In this document: positions 14,015-27,173 of the stretch, one piece after another
Layout of the letters: every line of letters begins with the position of its first letter
How positions within the stretch are numbered: position 1 is the stretch's first letter
From: Octopus vulgaris
Taxonomy: Eukaryota
Length of the DNA: 64,000 nt
Assembly: GCA_951406725.2 (NCBI GenBank)
Contig: OX597816.1
Location: 118,296,001 to 118,360,000, forward strand
Direction of reading: 5' to 3'
Notes under the pieces: model-generated
Database searches by the model: none
The model's input: only the letters and a program-made list of their open reading frames with translations
Told to the model about the DNA's origin: nothing
Program-made: the position numbers and the translations under genes

Positions 14015-15076
14015 TGCAAGTAGTTGAGAATCTGTTGGAAATAAAGAAGAGGGAGGGAGGGAGAGAAAGAGTGAGAGAGAGAGAGAAAGTAGTGTTTTCC
14101 TAATTAACATGCAAGTCAAAACTTTCAAACAAAATGAATGCATAAATTATAACAGAAACAGTCTGCTATTTTGAAAGCTTTCCATTTGGGTAAGCATTGC
14201 CTGTCTCTGGGATTTACCAGTGCTTATACATTTTGAAATCTGTTTCATTAATGAATAAAATAATAAATACAGTTCTACATTTTTAAAAAAATCGTTATTT
14301 GCACTGTGAGCAGTGAGATCTGAAAAGATGATCTGCATACTTATTCTTAATACATTCTGGCAGATTCGAATGCAAATATGCTAGTTGCTGTTGTGTATGT
14401 CACAGGAGAACTTCTCCTTTTTATGATGACTCATTGGTGCAAAGGATTCTGGGACACCAGTGTTTCAACATGATTCTTCAACCGAAAATACTTTGAGCCT
14501 AAATAACCTAGTGCTTTTGTTTATACTTTTCATGTTCCAGAATCCTTTGTACTAATTAGCCAAATGCATTATGAACACACACAGAGATATAAATATATAT
14601 AATTGAGTGAGTGAGTGAGTGTGTGTGTGTGAGAGAGAGAGAGAGAGTGTGTGTGTGTGTGTCTGTGTGTGTTTTTCATGTCTCCTTGTCTTGTCATTAG
14701 CAGTCTCGTGTTTGCAATCTTCTGCAAAAATATGTCCAGCCATTTGCGCTGTTTATGCTCAAAGAACAGGAGGAAATATTTAGCTTACTTGGAAACAATG
14801 CATGTTGGCAACAGGGAGGGCATCCAGCCATAGAAAATCTATTGCAATGAATTTCATTTGAATCATATCAATAATCAACAAATCACTGACATTGGAGGCA
14901 AATCTGACTGCTATTTCTAGCAGATCAAATAATCAATTAAGACCTTATTTCTTCATGACATTTACTTGGGCAGGCAACATTACTCACCATCTTATATCAG
15001 TTCCTCTGTCTACATCTAATAACATCTCTAGTTGCTCCTAGTAATATTTCCAACAACATCCTAAGTTGCTCTAGAT

Positions 15077-15416
15077 CAGGGGTTCTCGGCCAGAGTCCAT
15101 ATGGCCCTTGTGGGTCCATATAAGATTTGTGGGTGTCCACACAACAAAACAATAAACTGTCCACAACAGTATTTTAAGGCCCTTGAAAAAATTTTGCTCT
15201 AGATGTATTTATTGGTATGTATTGCAAGAAACAGGTTTCTTTCTCTAGCATTTTATATTGTTCAACCTACACAAATTAATAAGTAAAAAACAAAATAGGA
15301 ATTTTGAAAGAAGTTTCTATAATACTAGTTTTTAAACATCAAACAGCTATGGGGGTTCACCAGAATAAAATAGCAATCAAAGGGGTCCATAGATAAAAGA
15401 AGGTTGAGAACCCCTA
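15077..15416. mobile_element. Non-autonomous hAT (Charlie/Buster-like) MITE
   Basis: TIRs CAGGGGTTCTC / GAGAACCCCTA. Identical 8-bp TSD CTCTAGAT at 15069-15076 and 15417-15424, matching the NTCTAGAN preference of Charlie-type hATs. Confidence 0.9.
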
Positions 15417-15446
15417 CTCTAGATGAACAACTGGGATGTTACTCAC

Positions 15447-15552
15447 CAGGAAATGGAAGCATATCCAAGAGACATTTAAATCTCATCTTTGTGCATGCAC
15501 ACCATGAAAACCAAAGATAAAGCACTTCTCTGGGAACTAGGAAGTGATTATT
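15447..15552 (-). CDS. Candidate 106-nt exon of an unidentified host gene
   Basis: Minus strand: ttcccgttttttgtttgaacag|...ctg|gtgagt. One fully open frame (NNHFLVPREVLYLWFSWCACTKMRFKCLLDMLPFP). No homology recognised. Confidence 0.25.
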
Positions 15553-17602
15553 CTGTTCAAACAAAAAACGGGAAATCTCACACACGCACACAAACACACT
15601 CACACACACTCTGACCCATATCATAACCCTTAAGCACAAATTCTAAAAAAATAGCAAACTTCCTCAGAGAATTTATTTTTTAAATAGTTTAGTCAAAGGA
15701 GAAAGCATAACATCTATGACCTTTTCAGGGTCCCCAACACTGGTGGGTGAAAGGCTGTCACTAACCCATAACTTTGCACCAGTAAGTACTGAAGGGAGTT
15801 AAAAACGAAGAAAATGAAAACTATTAGGCAACACAACTAAAGCTACTTCTAAATTTTAAAACTAAAAGCCCTCTTATTTAAAAGATTTTTTTAAAAAATT
15901 AGACACAAAATATTTTAAATCTTTATAATACAACTAGGCATATCAGCTTGATATTTTTGTGCTAATAACAAAAGAAAAAAAACAAGCCTATCTTCAAATA
16001 TACCTTTTCTCTGTTGAGATTCAGATAATATTTAATTTTTTCATTTTTTTAGTGGTGTTTTTTTTTTTTTTTTTGTTTTCTTTTATGAAATTGTAAACAT
16101 CAATATATTCTTATTCATTTAGTGCTTCACAAAAAAATTGGCTCCATCTTCTCCAGTGCTATCAGAGAGAGATAGAGGAAGCATCAGTATGCTTCAGAGA
16201 GAGAGAGATGAAGCATCGGTATACTTCATCTCTCTCTGAAAGATTGATAAGAAACTCAGAATATCATTTAATTATTTCAGAATCTGGTGCTGTCTGTCCT
16301 TCATCCACAACCCTTACCATCCCAACAAAGAGATATTTAATGAAAATTGATAACAGATTTTTTTTTTTTTCCTTTTGTATTTTGCTTATATATTTACTTT
16401 TAAAAATTCTGACAATTTATCACTAACAATAGCTACAAGTGTTGTTATATTGATAATGTGTTAAATGTTATAGTAGCACCTGTGCCTGTGCACAGGCATA
16501 CAATTGCACACACAGAGGTGTACACATGCAAACACAAAATTTCCCAACTATTGCATTTGTGGGTGCGTACACATATGTGATATACACAAGCAAATGTCTA
16601 TATATACATACATTTAATGATGATAATATAAAATGTATGCTATATATCGATCATACAATTCCTTAGTGTATATGTACCAATGTATAGATAAATATGTTTA
16701 GCTATAAATGTGAGTGTGTAATCCTCTTGTTGAATGTAACATGATGACTACAGTGGGGTATGTATTAGAAAAAATGTCATGTGTTGAGATGGTAAAAGTG
16801 ACTGGGGTCATTCATTATTATTACTGTTGGTAGACATTGCTTTTCATCCTTTTGGGGTTGATAAATTAAGTACCAGTGAAACACTGGGGTCGATGTAATC
16901 AATTAGCGCCCTCCAAAATTTTAGGCCTTGTGCCTTTAATAGAAAGGATTATCATTATTATTACGATTGTTAATAGAACTACACTTAGTACCTAAATACA
17001 AACAAACCTCCAAAAACCATGTCTGGTTGTGTGTGTGTATGAAGGATGGTAAAAAAAGAAATCTATAGACAGTAGAATTGAATAGATAAGTTCATTGAGA
17101 GAATGTATAATGATGGGAAGAAATGAAGAGAGAGAAGGAAGGAAACAGAGAAGGAAAGAAAGATTTACATAAACAAAGCTGGCAAAAAATAAACACAGCC
17201 AGACAAGATCGGTAGTCAACCAATGATGCTATGTCTACCATTAGTGCCCCCTTCCTCTCCATACACAACAACAACAACAACAATTTCCACTTCATCTCAT
17301 CACAATTCTTCAACATGATTTAGAACATACACATATAAAAATCACATCCAAACATGTATGTGTGAATGAAAAAAAAATTCTGGCATCATATGTTGATGTT
17401 GTAGAAGTTGACACTTCCACCACCACCACCACAGATATTATTCTTTGAAGTGGAAATGAAGAAGCTGAGAAAATAAAGTGTATATATTTACATGCACGTG
17501 CGTGCACACGCATACACACATGCAAAATAGCCGTAACTATTGAATTCTCTTGGTTAGATGTAGTCAAACACTATACCTACACATGTACACAAACATATGT
17601 AA

Positions 17603-17694
<92 letters not shown>

Positions 17695-19019
17695 TTTATA
17701 TATAAACATACAAAAATGATAAACTCCAAATAATGACACTATCCTTAGAGTGTTAAAAGCAAATAACTACAAAAAATGTACTACAGACTACTTTTTTCCC
17801 TGCCTGTACAGCTAAAAGCATGTGGGTATATGTATGTTTGTATGTGCAAGTGTGCTTTTGTACATGCATACGCACATACATACATAAAATACAGACAGAG
17901 AGACAGATGGAGATGGAATAGGAAAAGAAAAAAAAATTGATTTCGGATGGTTGGTTCTAGACTGGCTTTGAATGTTCCAGACAACTTGTAGAACACTAAA
18001 CGGATGCTATCCTTCTTTCTATCAATCACAACTTCCCTTCATTTAACCATCACAACCACATGCATAAAATGCAAACAGAAAACAAACTACCACATCAATA
18101 TCAACAACAACAACAACAACAAGTAGCAGTAATAGTACTGCTACTACTATGATAAACATTAGTGTCAGCATTGCAAAAAAAAAAAACAAAAAAAAAAACA
18201 AGCACTCTTTGTATGGTATCTATCTATAACATATACAGATGTTTAAAAATACTTAAGTTTTGGGGTGTGTTTTCTTTTTCTTTTTTCTTCTTCGTCTTTC
18301 TTTTAATGTCTGTCTGTTTGGCAGTCTTTTTTTAGAGCTTTGTTGGAATTGAAGCAGGGAAAGTTCCATCTCATCTTTCAGAGGAATTCTTCAGACCAAA
18401 TAATTGCGTATTTATGTAAATATATATATGTATGTATGTATGTGTGGTTGTCTACAATTGTGTGTATGTTATATATATATTATTTCTAATTTTGGCACAA
18501 GAAAATTTTGAGTGGAGTAAAGGAGACGATGTTTATATGATTAGATTGATGTCAATACTTGATTGGTACACATTATTAGCGACCCTGCAAAGCAAAGTCG
18601 ACCTCAGTGGAATTTGAACTCAGAATGTTATCAGTCAGAATAAATACTACAAACCATTCTTTCCTCTATTCAAACAATTCTGCCAACAAGCTTCAGAAGT
18701 TGAAAGAACAAATACTAAATGCGCAGACAAACAGAAAACAAACACAGCAGGTCCCCAAACCGTCATCAACATGGGGGTCGAAGGGAATTCTGCTCCTTCA
18801 ACAATCACATTGTATCTGAACTGGTGGTGATCACACATACACAAACACACACAAATACACATTCACACACAAATATATATATACATACATATACACACAC
18901 ACACACATATTCTATTTTTTTATTTTATATTTTATCTAGTTTCAGCTCACGGGCTGTGGTCATGCTGGAGCACCGCCATTTAGTGTTGCTACATAATTTT
19001 ACTTCACGAATGCTTTTCA

Positions 19020-19310
19020 GGAATTGACATTTGGTGCATGAGAGAGTTTGATGCAGCTCCCCCCCCCCCCTCATCTGCACCACCTGCCGTGAAGCTGGTT
19101 CATCTGGGACACTTGACAGGAAGAGGTCTAGCTTTATCTTGAAGACACCTACATCTACCCCATGCAGGTCTCTCAGGTCCTTCAGGAGGATATTGAAGAG
19201 CTGTGGAACTCTGAAGCCCAGGCTATTGCAGTATCTTGCCCTACATCTTAATGGCAAATTTGGAGTCCTTGGCACTATGCAGTGGCACCCAATTCTAGTA
19301 TTTGTGTAAC
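19020..19310 (-). mobile_element. CR1-like LINE 3' fragment (ORF2 C-terminus)
   Basis: NSLGFRVPQLFNILLKDLRDLHGVDVGVFKIKLDLFLSSVPDEP resembles the 'PRLFNxLP...FKxxLDxFL...PD' tail of invertebrate CR1-group ORF2. Confidence 0.7.
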
Positions 19311-19396
19311 CCTCAATTCAATGCCAAAGTTTTATATACACGCAAACACAGAAATATACATATACACATATATATATCTACACAAACATATATATT

Positions 19397-19922
19397 GGAG
19401 TGGTTGGCGTTAGGAAGGGCATCCATCTATAGAAACTCTGCCAGATCAAGATTGGAGCCTGGTGCAGCCATCTGGTTCACCAGCCCTCAGTCAAAATCGT
19501 CCAACCCATGCTAGCATGAAAAGCGGACGTTAAATGATGATGATGATATATAGATATATAAATACGTATATATATATAAATATAAATACATATATATATA
19601 TAAATATAAATATATATATATAAATATAAATACATATATATATGCCAGCGCTGCCTCGACTGGCTTCCGTGCCGGTGGCACATAAAATACACCAATCCGA
19701 CCGTGGCCATTGCCAGCCTCGCCTGGCACCTGTGCAGGTGGCACGTAAAAAGCACCCACTACACTCACGGAGTGGTTGGCGTTAGGAAGGGCATCCAGCT
19801 GTAGAAACATTGCCAGATATGACTGGAGCCTGGTGCAGCCTTCTGGCTTCCCAGATCCCCGGTCGAACCGTCCAACCCATGCTACCATGGAGAACGGACG
19901 TTAAACAATGATGATGATGATG
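19397..19922 (+). mobile_element. Two 5'-truncated RTE 3'-UTR insertions with (GAT)n tails
   Basis: 19397-19545 and 19643-19922 match the reverse complement of the RTE 3' UTR at 32151-32420 (ggagtggttggcgttaggaagggcatccagc...caacccatgctagcatgg...cggacgttaaa(gat)n). Confidence 0.9.
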
Positions 19923-20037
19923 ATATAGATATATAAATACATATATACACACACACATATATATATGTAGATAGATATATAAATACATACATATGTATGT
20001 ATGTATATATATAAATATATATATATCATCATCATCA

Positions 20038-20231
20038 TCCGTTCTCCATGCTAGCATGGGTTGGACGGTTCGACCGGGGATCTGGGAAGCCAGAAGGCTG
20101 CACCAGGCTCCGGTCTTATCTGGCAATGTTTCTACAGCTGGATTGCCAGATAAGACCGGAGCCTGGTGCAGCCTTCTGGCTTCCCAGATCCCCGGTCGAA
20201 CCGTCCAACCCATGCTAGCATGGAGAACGGA
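20038..20231. repeat. Perfect 90-bp inverted repeat built from RTE 3'-UTR sequence
   Basis: 20038-20127 is the exact reverse complement of 20142-20231; 14-nt loop gtttctacagctgg. Confidence 0.95.
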
Positions 20232-20367
20232 GCTGTATAAATACATATATAGATATATAAATGCATACTATCTTTACTCTTTTACTTGCTTCAGTCATTT
20301 GACTGTGGCCATGCTGGAGCACTGCCTTTAGTTGAGCAAATCAACCCAAGGACTTATTCTTAGCAAG

Positions 20368-21355
20368 CTATCCTCAGCTGCATAATTAAATAAAATAAAT
20401 AGAATTTATTCACTCAGTCGAACACATTTGTATAATTTTACCTACATCCTCTAAGAGGGTAAGAAGACAGACAAAGTCCATGCTGTATTTGCTTCAGCTT
20501 AGAAGCTACTGACACTTTAGGAAAAACCTGTTAGAGTTCTAGCTTGTCACTGATTTTGGGGTTGGTTTTAATTTATAGTCTTGTTTATCAAATCTTTGTA
20601 TATCAAAATCTAAGACCAAAGAGCATTGTCTGATTAGGAAAGGGCGTGAGGGAGTTGACAGAATCATAGTGGGTATAGTCATAAAACTTGAAGTAGTAAT
20701 AAAGTAACTGTCTATAACAAGGTTTGGTAAAGGAAGAACTTAAATCAAATTTTATATATATATATATATATATAGATTCAGATGAACATGGTACTTAAGT
20801 TGAGGCACCAGAACTTAGTATGGTATTACCCATACAATTCCAAAGAAAGGTGATTAAAATCAAAATAAGCAACAAGGATATCCAGACATAATGCGGTAAG
20901 ATCGTTTCATGGAACTCCATTTAATTGAAGAATGCAATCATTACATCAATTTAAAATGCAGAGCAATCTTCAGCTGCAAAAAGACATAGTGTTTAATTAA
21001 ATTAGAACAGATCGACACATTAGTATAATTATACCTAAAATCTCCAAGAAGTTAAGGAGATAGACAAAGAACATGCTGCCTCACTCCAGTTTAGAAGTTA
21101 CTGAATTTTCAAGATATACATTGTTACAGTCTCTGCCTGTCACTGATTTTTTTGTTATTAAGGGGTCAGTTTTAATTTACAGACTAGTTTATCAAACCCT
21201 TGTATATCTAAGGCTGAGAGAACAGAGGGCAGTTACTGTTAGGGGTGGGCCTCAGGGAACAGACAGACATCATAGATGGTATAGTCATAAAAATCAAGAT
21301 TTATCAGAAGCAATATCATAAAGTTTGGTAAAAGGACAACTTAAAACAAGATGTT
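20368..21355 (-). mobile_element. Two diverged tandem units of a Penelope pseudo-LTR / retrozyme-like repeat
   Basis: 20380-20750 and 20980-21355 are collinear homologues. On the minus strand both run into tgcagCTGA(A/G)GA, 596 bp apart, and are separated by a (TA)n tract. Confidence 0.6.
20892..20977 (-). ncRNA. Degenerate minimal type I hammerhead ribozyme motif
   Basis: Minus strand: tgcag-CTGAAGA-[imperfect ~58-nt stem II]-GAAA-C-GATC-t-TA-ccgca. Core order is correct and the stem III loop is palindromic, but stems I and III carry mismatches. Confidence 0.55.
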
Positions 21356-21361
21356 AGCTGA

Positions 21362-22054
21362 TAATTAAGGGGGTCGCCTAATTTTGGGCATTCTATTTTC
21401 CTTGCCAGAAAGGCTCCAAATCCGTGGGCCAAGGAGGGGTTATATGATGGGGGTGTTGGTTTCGAAAAGGTGGGCATGTGCAATCTGATCACCTCTTCCA
21501 GCCAAACTCCCAACCCATGTGTTCCCGTTGTGACACTGATTCTGCAGGACTGTGCTGGGTGTCAAAACTAACTTTAAAGTATAAATATAGATATTTTGAA
21601 TCAACAATGTTGTGTTTGGTTAAGTCCTCTTTGGGGCGAAAAATCAATAACCTGATTCCTTATGAGGATTTCCCTTCTATCAGGATTAAAAATCGATAAA
21701 CTGATTCCTTATAGGATTTCCCACAATCATAACTTTTACATTCAACCTTTAATTTTTACCAATTTTCACACATTTTGTTCAAACTTGACGCCGGCATTAT
21801 TCATGGGAACGTTGAATGCTTTTAGTTCTCCAAAGGAAAAAAAAAAATCGATGAGTGGAAAAATCAATAAACCAATTCCATCTGGGATTTCCCCATCAAC
21901 TTGTCTGCAACCCATTTTCAGCCATACATTTACCAATTTAAACAGATTATACTCAAACTTCATGTCAGTGTTACTTAGTTGGGTTTGAAACAAAGCGCTT
22001 GATTGGCATAATAATCCTAACTCAATCCCAGGCAACGCCGGGTGATACTGCTAG
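21362..22054 (+). mobile_element. Non-autonomous Helitron (3' end clear, 5' end uncertain)
   Basis: cccaggcaacgccggg hairpin, 8-nt spacer, then terminal CTAG (22051-22054) followed by T, the canonical Helitron 3' structure. Confidence 0.6.
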
Positions 22055-22060
22055 TATATA

Positions 22061-22212
22061 TCATCATCGTTTAACATCCGCTTTCCATACTGGCATGGGT
22101 TGGACAGTGCAACTGGGGTCTGGGAAGCCAGAAGGTTGCACCAGGCCCAGTCTGATCTGGCAATGTTTCTACAGCTGGATGCCCTTCCTAACGCCAACCA
22201 CTCCATGAGTGT
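22061..22212 (-). mobile_element. RTE 3'-tail insertion
   Basis: (atc)n-gtttaacatccgctttccatactggcatgggttggac...gatgcccttcctaacgccaacc, same family as the RTE 3' UTR. Confidence 0.85.
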
Positions 22213-22244
22213 AGGTCATATATATATATATATATACATGTATA

Positions 22245-22983
22245 TATGGGGAGAAAGTGAGAGAGGGACCGTTTGTGTATGTCTTTTTGTAACTGAAAGA
22301 AGTGTTAAAGAAAAAGAGAAAGAAAAGAAGGAGAGAAAGAAGACAAAATTTGCTGATATCTTTGCATTTGGTCAGTCTTTCAATAGTAAGTGATTCTTGG
22401 CTTTTAGGAATGGCAACATCCCTTCAGATACACACACACCCACACACACGTGCGCACATACACACACACACTCTCAGAAGACAATGATAAAAACGAAATT
22501 CAGACAATTTTTTGAAAAGTGACATTTTGTTCCCCTCGGAGTGACCATCTAGGTTTGTCATTCCTAAAAGCCAAGAATAACTTACTATTGAAAGACTGAC
22601 CAGCAGCAAAGATATCAACAAATTTTTTTCTTCTTTCTCTCCTTCTTCCTTTCCTTCTCTTTTTCTTTAACACACCTTTCAGATCAAAAAGAAAAAACAC
22701 ATGCACACACATAATCACACACTCTCACAAGACAATGATAAAAAGGAAATCCAGATAATTTTTTGAAATGTGACATGTTGTTCCCCTTGGAGTGATCAGC
22801 TGGGTTTGCCATTCCTAAAAGCCAAGAATCACTTACTATTGAAAGACTGACCAGCTGCAAATATATCAACAAATTTTTTCTTCTTTCACTCCTTCCTTTC
22901 TTTCTCTTTTTCTTTAACACTTCTTTCAGATATAAACACACACACACACACATATGATCTCTCTCTCTCTCACTTTCTCCCCA
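22245..22983. repeat. Fold-back structure with an internal ~260-bp tandem duplication
   Basis: 22245-22415 is the imperfect reverse complement of ~22807-22983 and of 22557-22683. 22423-22683 and 22684-22930 are direct repeats. Confidence 0.85.
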
Positions 22984-23261
22984 TTCCTCACCCTCTTGTA
23001 CTATCTTATATCTCTCCCCACCCTACACACTCAATAATACTATAAAAAGAGACAAAATTCCTGCACAAGTTCAATTTGAAAACTCTACTAGAGTGGACAA
23101 AAGCACTAACATATGATATATGATTTATAAAAACATGTAATATACTAATAAATATCTGAAAATATAAAAACATCCAGATTTTTGAGTACCTCATTTCTTC
23201 TAATATAAAATACCTGTACATCATCTCCAAACCTTTTAATATATAAACATATATACATATG

Positions 23262-23405
<144 letters not shown>

Positions 23406-23740
23406 AACATATATACATATATATATGAAAGAAGGTTTGAAAATGCAATTTTAAAGATGTTTATTCACTTGACCGGTTTCATTTTTTTTAGAAAAAGATT
23501 GTCAAATGTAAAATGTAAAGCTTTGTTGTGTTAAGTACTGGCTGTCACAAAAGTATTAAAATACATATATACATTCTTTGATAATAAGAAAATGTTAAAA
23601 ACATTTTACAAGGAAATATCTGAGAAAATATTAAACAAAAATTATTAGGAGGTCAATAAAAATCATGTTTGTTTGGAAGTATCGTTATACATACACACTA
23701 AAAGTATTAGGAGTCCATTAAAAATCATTTTTGTTTGGTA

Positions 23741-23797
<57 letters not shown>

Positions 23798-23842
23798 AGG
23801 AGATATATTATTCTTTAAAGTGGAAATGAAGAAAGGCACAAG

Positions 23843-24100
23843 TCCAGGCAAAGTTGTTTATGGAAGGCCAGCAGTCACCCATGCATACCAGCATCCCCTC
23901 TCCACACCACTGATGGTTTCCCAGGGAAAGGTAAAGAACAATACAGCTTGGCACCAGTGATGTCGCAACTCATTTCTACAGCTGAGTTAACTTGAGCAAC
24001 GTGAAATAAAGTGTCTTGCTCAAGAACACAACACGCAACCCGGTTGGGGAATCAAACTCACAATTGACAGCCCTAAGTTTGATGCTCTAACGATTGAGCC
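23843..24100 (-). mobile_element. tRNA-derived SINE (family C variant, different tail)
   Basis: Minus strand ggctcaatcgttagagc...gagtttgattcccc head plus gttgtgttcttgagcaagacactttatttcacgttgctc body shared with 59895-60145 and 42560-42790. Confidence 0.7.
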
Positions 24101-25531
24101 ATGCACATACATATATATATATATATATATACATACACATACATATATATACGTACACATACATACGTACGTATACATACTTATATATACATACGTACGT
24201 AAATATATACATGCCTATATATACATATATATATATATATATACAAATATATATATACACACATATATATATATATATATAAACATGCATGTATATATGT
24301 ATACATACATATATATATATACATATATATATATGTATACATACATATATATATATACATATATATATATGTATACATGCATATATATATATATATACAT
24401 ATAAATATACATACTATATATACATATGTATACTATCATACATACATATATATATACACATATATATACACATAAATATATATACATATATATATACACA
24501 TAAATATATATACACACACACATATATATATACACATAAATATATATACACACACACATATATAGATATATACACACACACACATATATATATACACATA
24601 AATATATATACACACACATATATATATACACATAAATATATATACACACACACATATATAGATATATACACACACACATATATATATATACATAAATATA
24701 TATACACACACATATATAGATATATACACATAAATATATATACATACATATATACACATATACATACATATATATACACATATATACATATATATATACA
24801 CATATATACACATATACATCACATATATATCACATATATATACATACATATACACACATATATATATATATACATACATATACACACATATATATATATA
24901 TACATACATATACACATATATATATATATACATACATATACACATATATATATATATATACATACATATATGTATATATACATACATACACATATATACA
25001 TACATATACATACACATATATATATACATACATATATGTATATATACACACATACATATACATACACATATATATATACATACATATATGTATATATACA
25101 TACATATACATACACGTACATACATATACATACACATACATATATGTATATATACATACATATACATACATACATATACATACACATACATATATGTATA
25201 TATACATACATATACATATATACATACATATACATACACATACATATATGTATATATACATACATATACATATATACATACATATACATACATATATATA
25301 TACATATATGTATATATACATACATACATACATATATATACATAGACATACATACATACATACGTATGTACATATACATATACATACGTACGTAAATATA
25401 TACATACCTATATATACATACGTACGTAAATATATACATACCTATATATACATACGTACGTAAATATATACATACCTATATATACATACGTACGTAAATA
25501 TATACATACCTATATATACATACGTACGTAA

Positions 25532-25586
<55 letters not shown>

Positions 25587-25650
25587 TACATAGAAATATA
25601 TATATACACACATACATATATATACATAAACACCTATATACATATAATTT
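24100..25650. repeat. 1.5-kb compound (TA/CA/TACA) microsatellite with higher-order units
   Basis: Near-pure alternating purine-pyrimidine sequence. Includes a 34-bp unit catacgtacgtaaatatatacatacctatatata at 25383, 25417, 25451 and 25485. Confidence 0.95.
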
Positions 25651-27127
25651 GAGTGAATATGTGTGAGGTTTGTAGTGTAGATGAGAGTGTTTTTAGTGGG
25701 GATGCGTTTGTATCATGGACGAGTGTATATGTACGGCAGGCAACCGTTTTTCTACTATGGGCAAGTGTGTGTTTGTAGTGCACATCAAGGGTTTCTTGTA
25801 CAGATTTGTTGGTCTACTTTTATTCATTTACTGATTTCATTCATTAAGCTACGGCCATGTTAGAACATCATCCTCACAGCTTTTAGTGAAATACATTGAC
25901 ACTAGTACATATTTCAGTCACATCCATCGTGTGAGCATCAACTTATTTCTTTGTGTTTGCATGTATGTTTGAATTAGGTTCAGTCCTTGTGTGTAGCACT
26001 TTGGGCAAAAGTCTTCGAGTACAGCCCAGTACTGACTAAAGTCTTGTGAGTGAATTTGGTAATGGAAATTAGAGACGCCTGTCCTAAGCCTGCGTGTGTT
26101 GTGTAGACATCATGGGTTAGTTATAAATGAGCATCGATGTCATACAAATGAAGCCCCTCATTTCTAGTCTTCTGTGGACAAACGTTCAGCCAGGGGGAAA
26201 TATTATCCTGCTTAGAAACAGATGTGGGTTAATGACAGGAAGGGCATGAGGCCATAGGAAATTTGCCTCAACAAATTCCACCTGACCCATGCAAGCATGG
26301 ATATGTGGATGCTAAAAATTGACAATGATGTATATGCATATATGTAGAGGTACTGTACAGCTGAATGGTTGAGAATTTCATCTTGAAACCATGAAGTCCT
26401 GGTTTCAATTCTATTGCAAATGTCGTTTCTATAGCCTTCTATCAATCCATATGCTGTTAGTGAAAGTGGGCAAGTGGACACTATAGAAGTCCATTGAGTG
26501 GTTTTGTATAGTCTTGTTATACTGTCAAACAAATTTTTTTTTTTTTTTTACACATCATCTCCACAAGCAGATGAATGAACAACCGAATCATTGTTGAAAC
26601 TGACAGACAGCCATTCTTGTCAGCTTCAGCTTGTAAGTGTTTGTACACATCTGTATGTGCATACAGGTGCATGCATGCTTGTGTTTATATTTGCTGCTTC
26701 CTGTTTGAATATCACCTTGTGAGATATATATATACAATAACTATTAGAAGAACCCACATAGGATTGTATTTTCTACTTAGTTTTAATTTCATATTATAAA
26801 ATACATGCTACACAGATTCTTCAATTAAATTTATATCATTTTATTACCCAATACCACATTCCAAGAACAGGTTGTTTTTGTTCAAGGATAAGCTTATGAT
26901 TAAAAGAAATGGGTTTAACTCCAGATCAACCCTTCCCAAGCTAACTTATGATCAAAGGAATTCCAGCCTACACCATCCCAGACTTTTTTTTAATATATTT
27001 TTCTCCAAGCCTAATACACCAAGGCAACCCCAGTTCCCCAGGCCGAGTACATACAGGGACTTAATTATTGTAGAATAATTTAACTCTGTGTGTGTTTGTG
27101 TGTGTGTGTGTGTATCTAAATAAATAA

Positions 27128-27173
<46 letters not shown>

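Noticed and set aside
24087-25633. Long ORFs (up to 368 aa) rich in Y/I/H/T/C/V/M
   Set aside because: Translations of (TA)/(CA) microsatellite that lacks stop codons; not genes.
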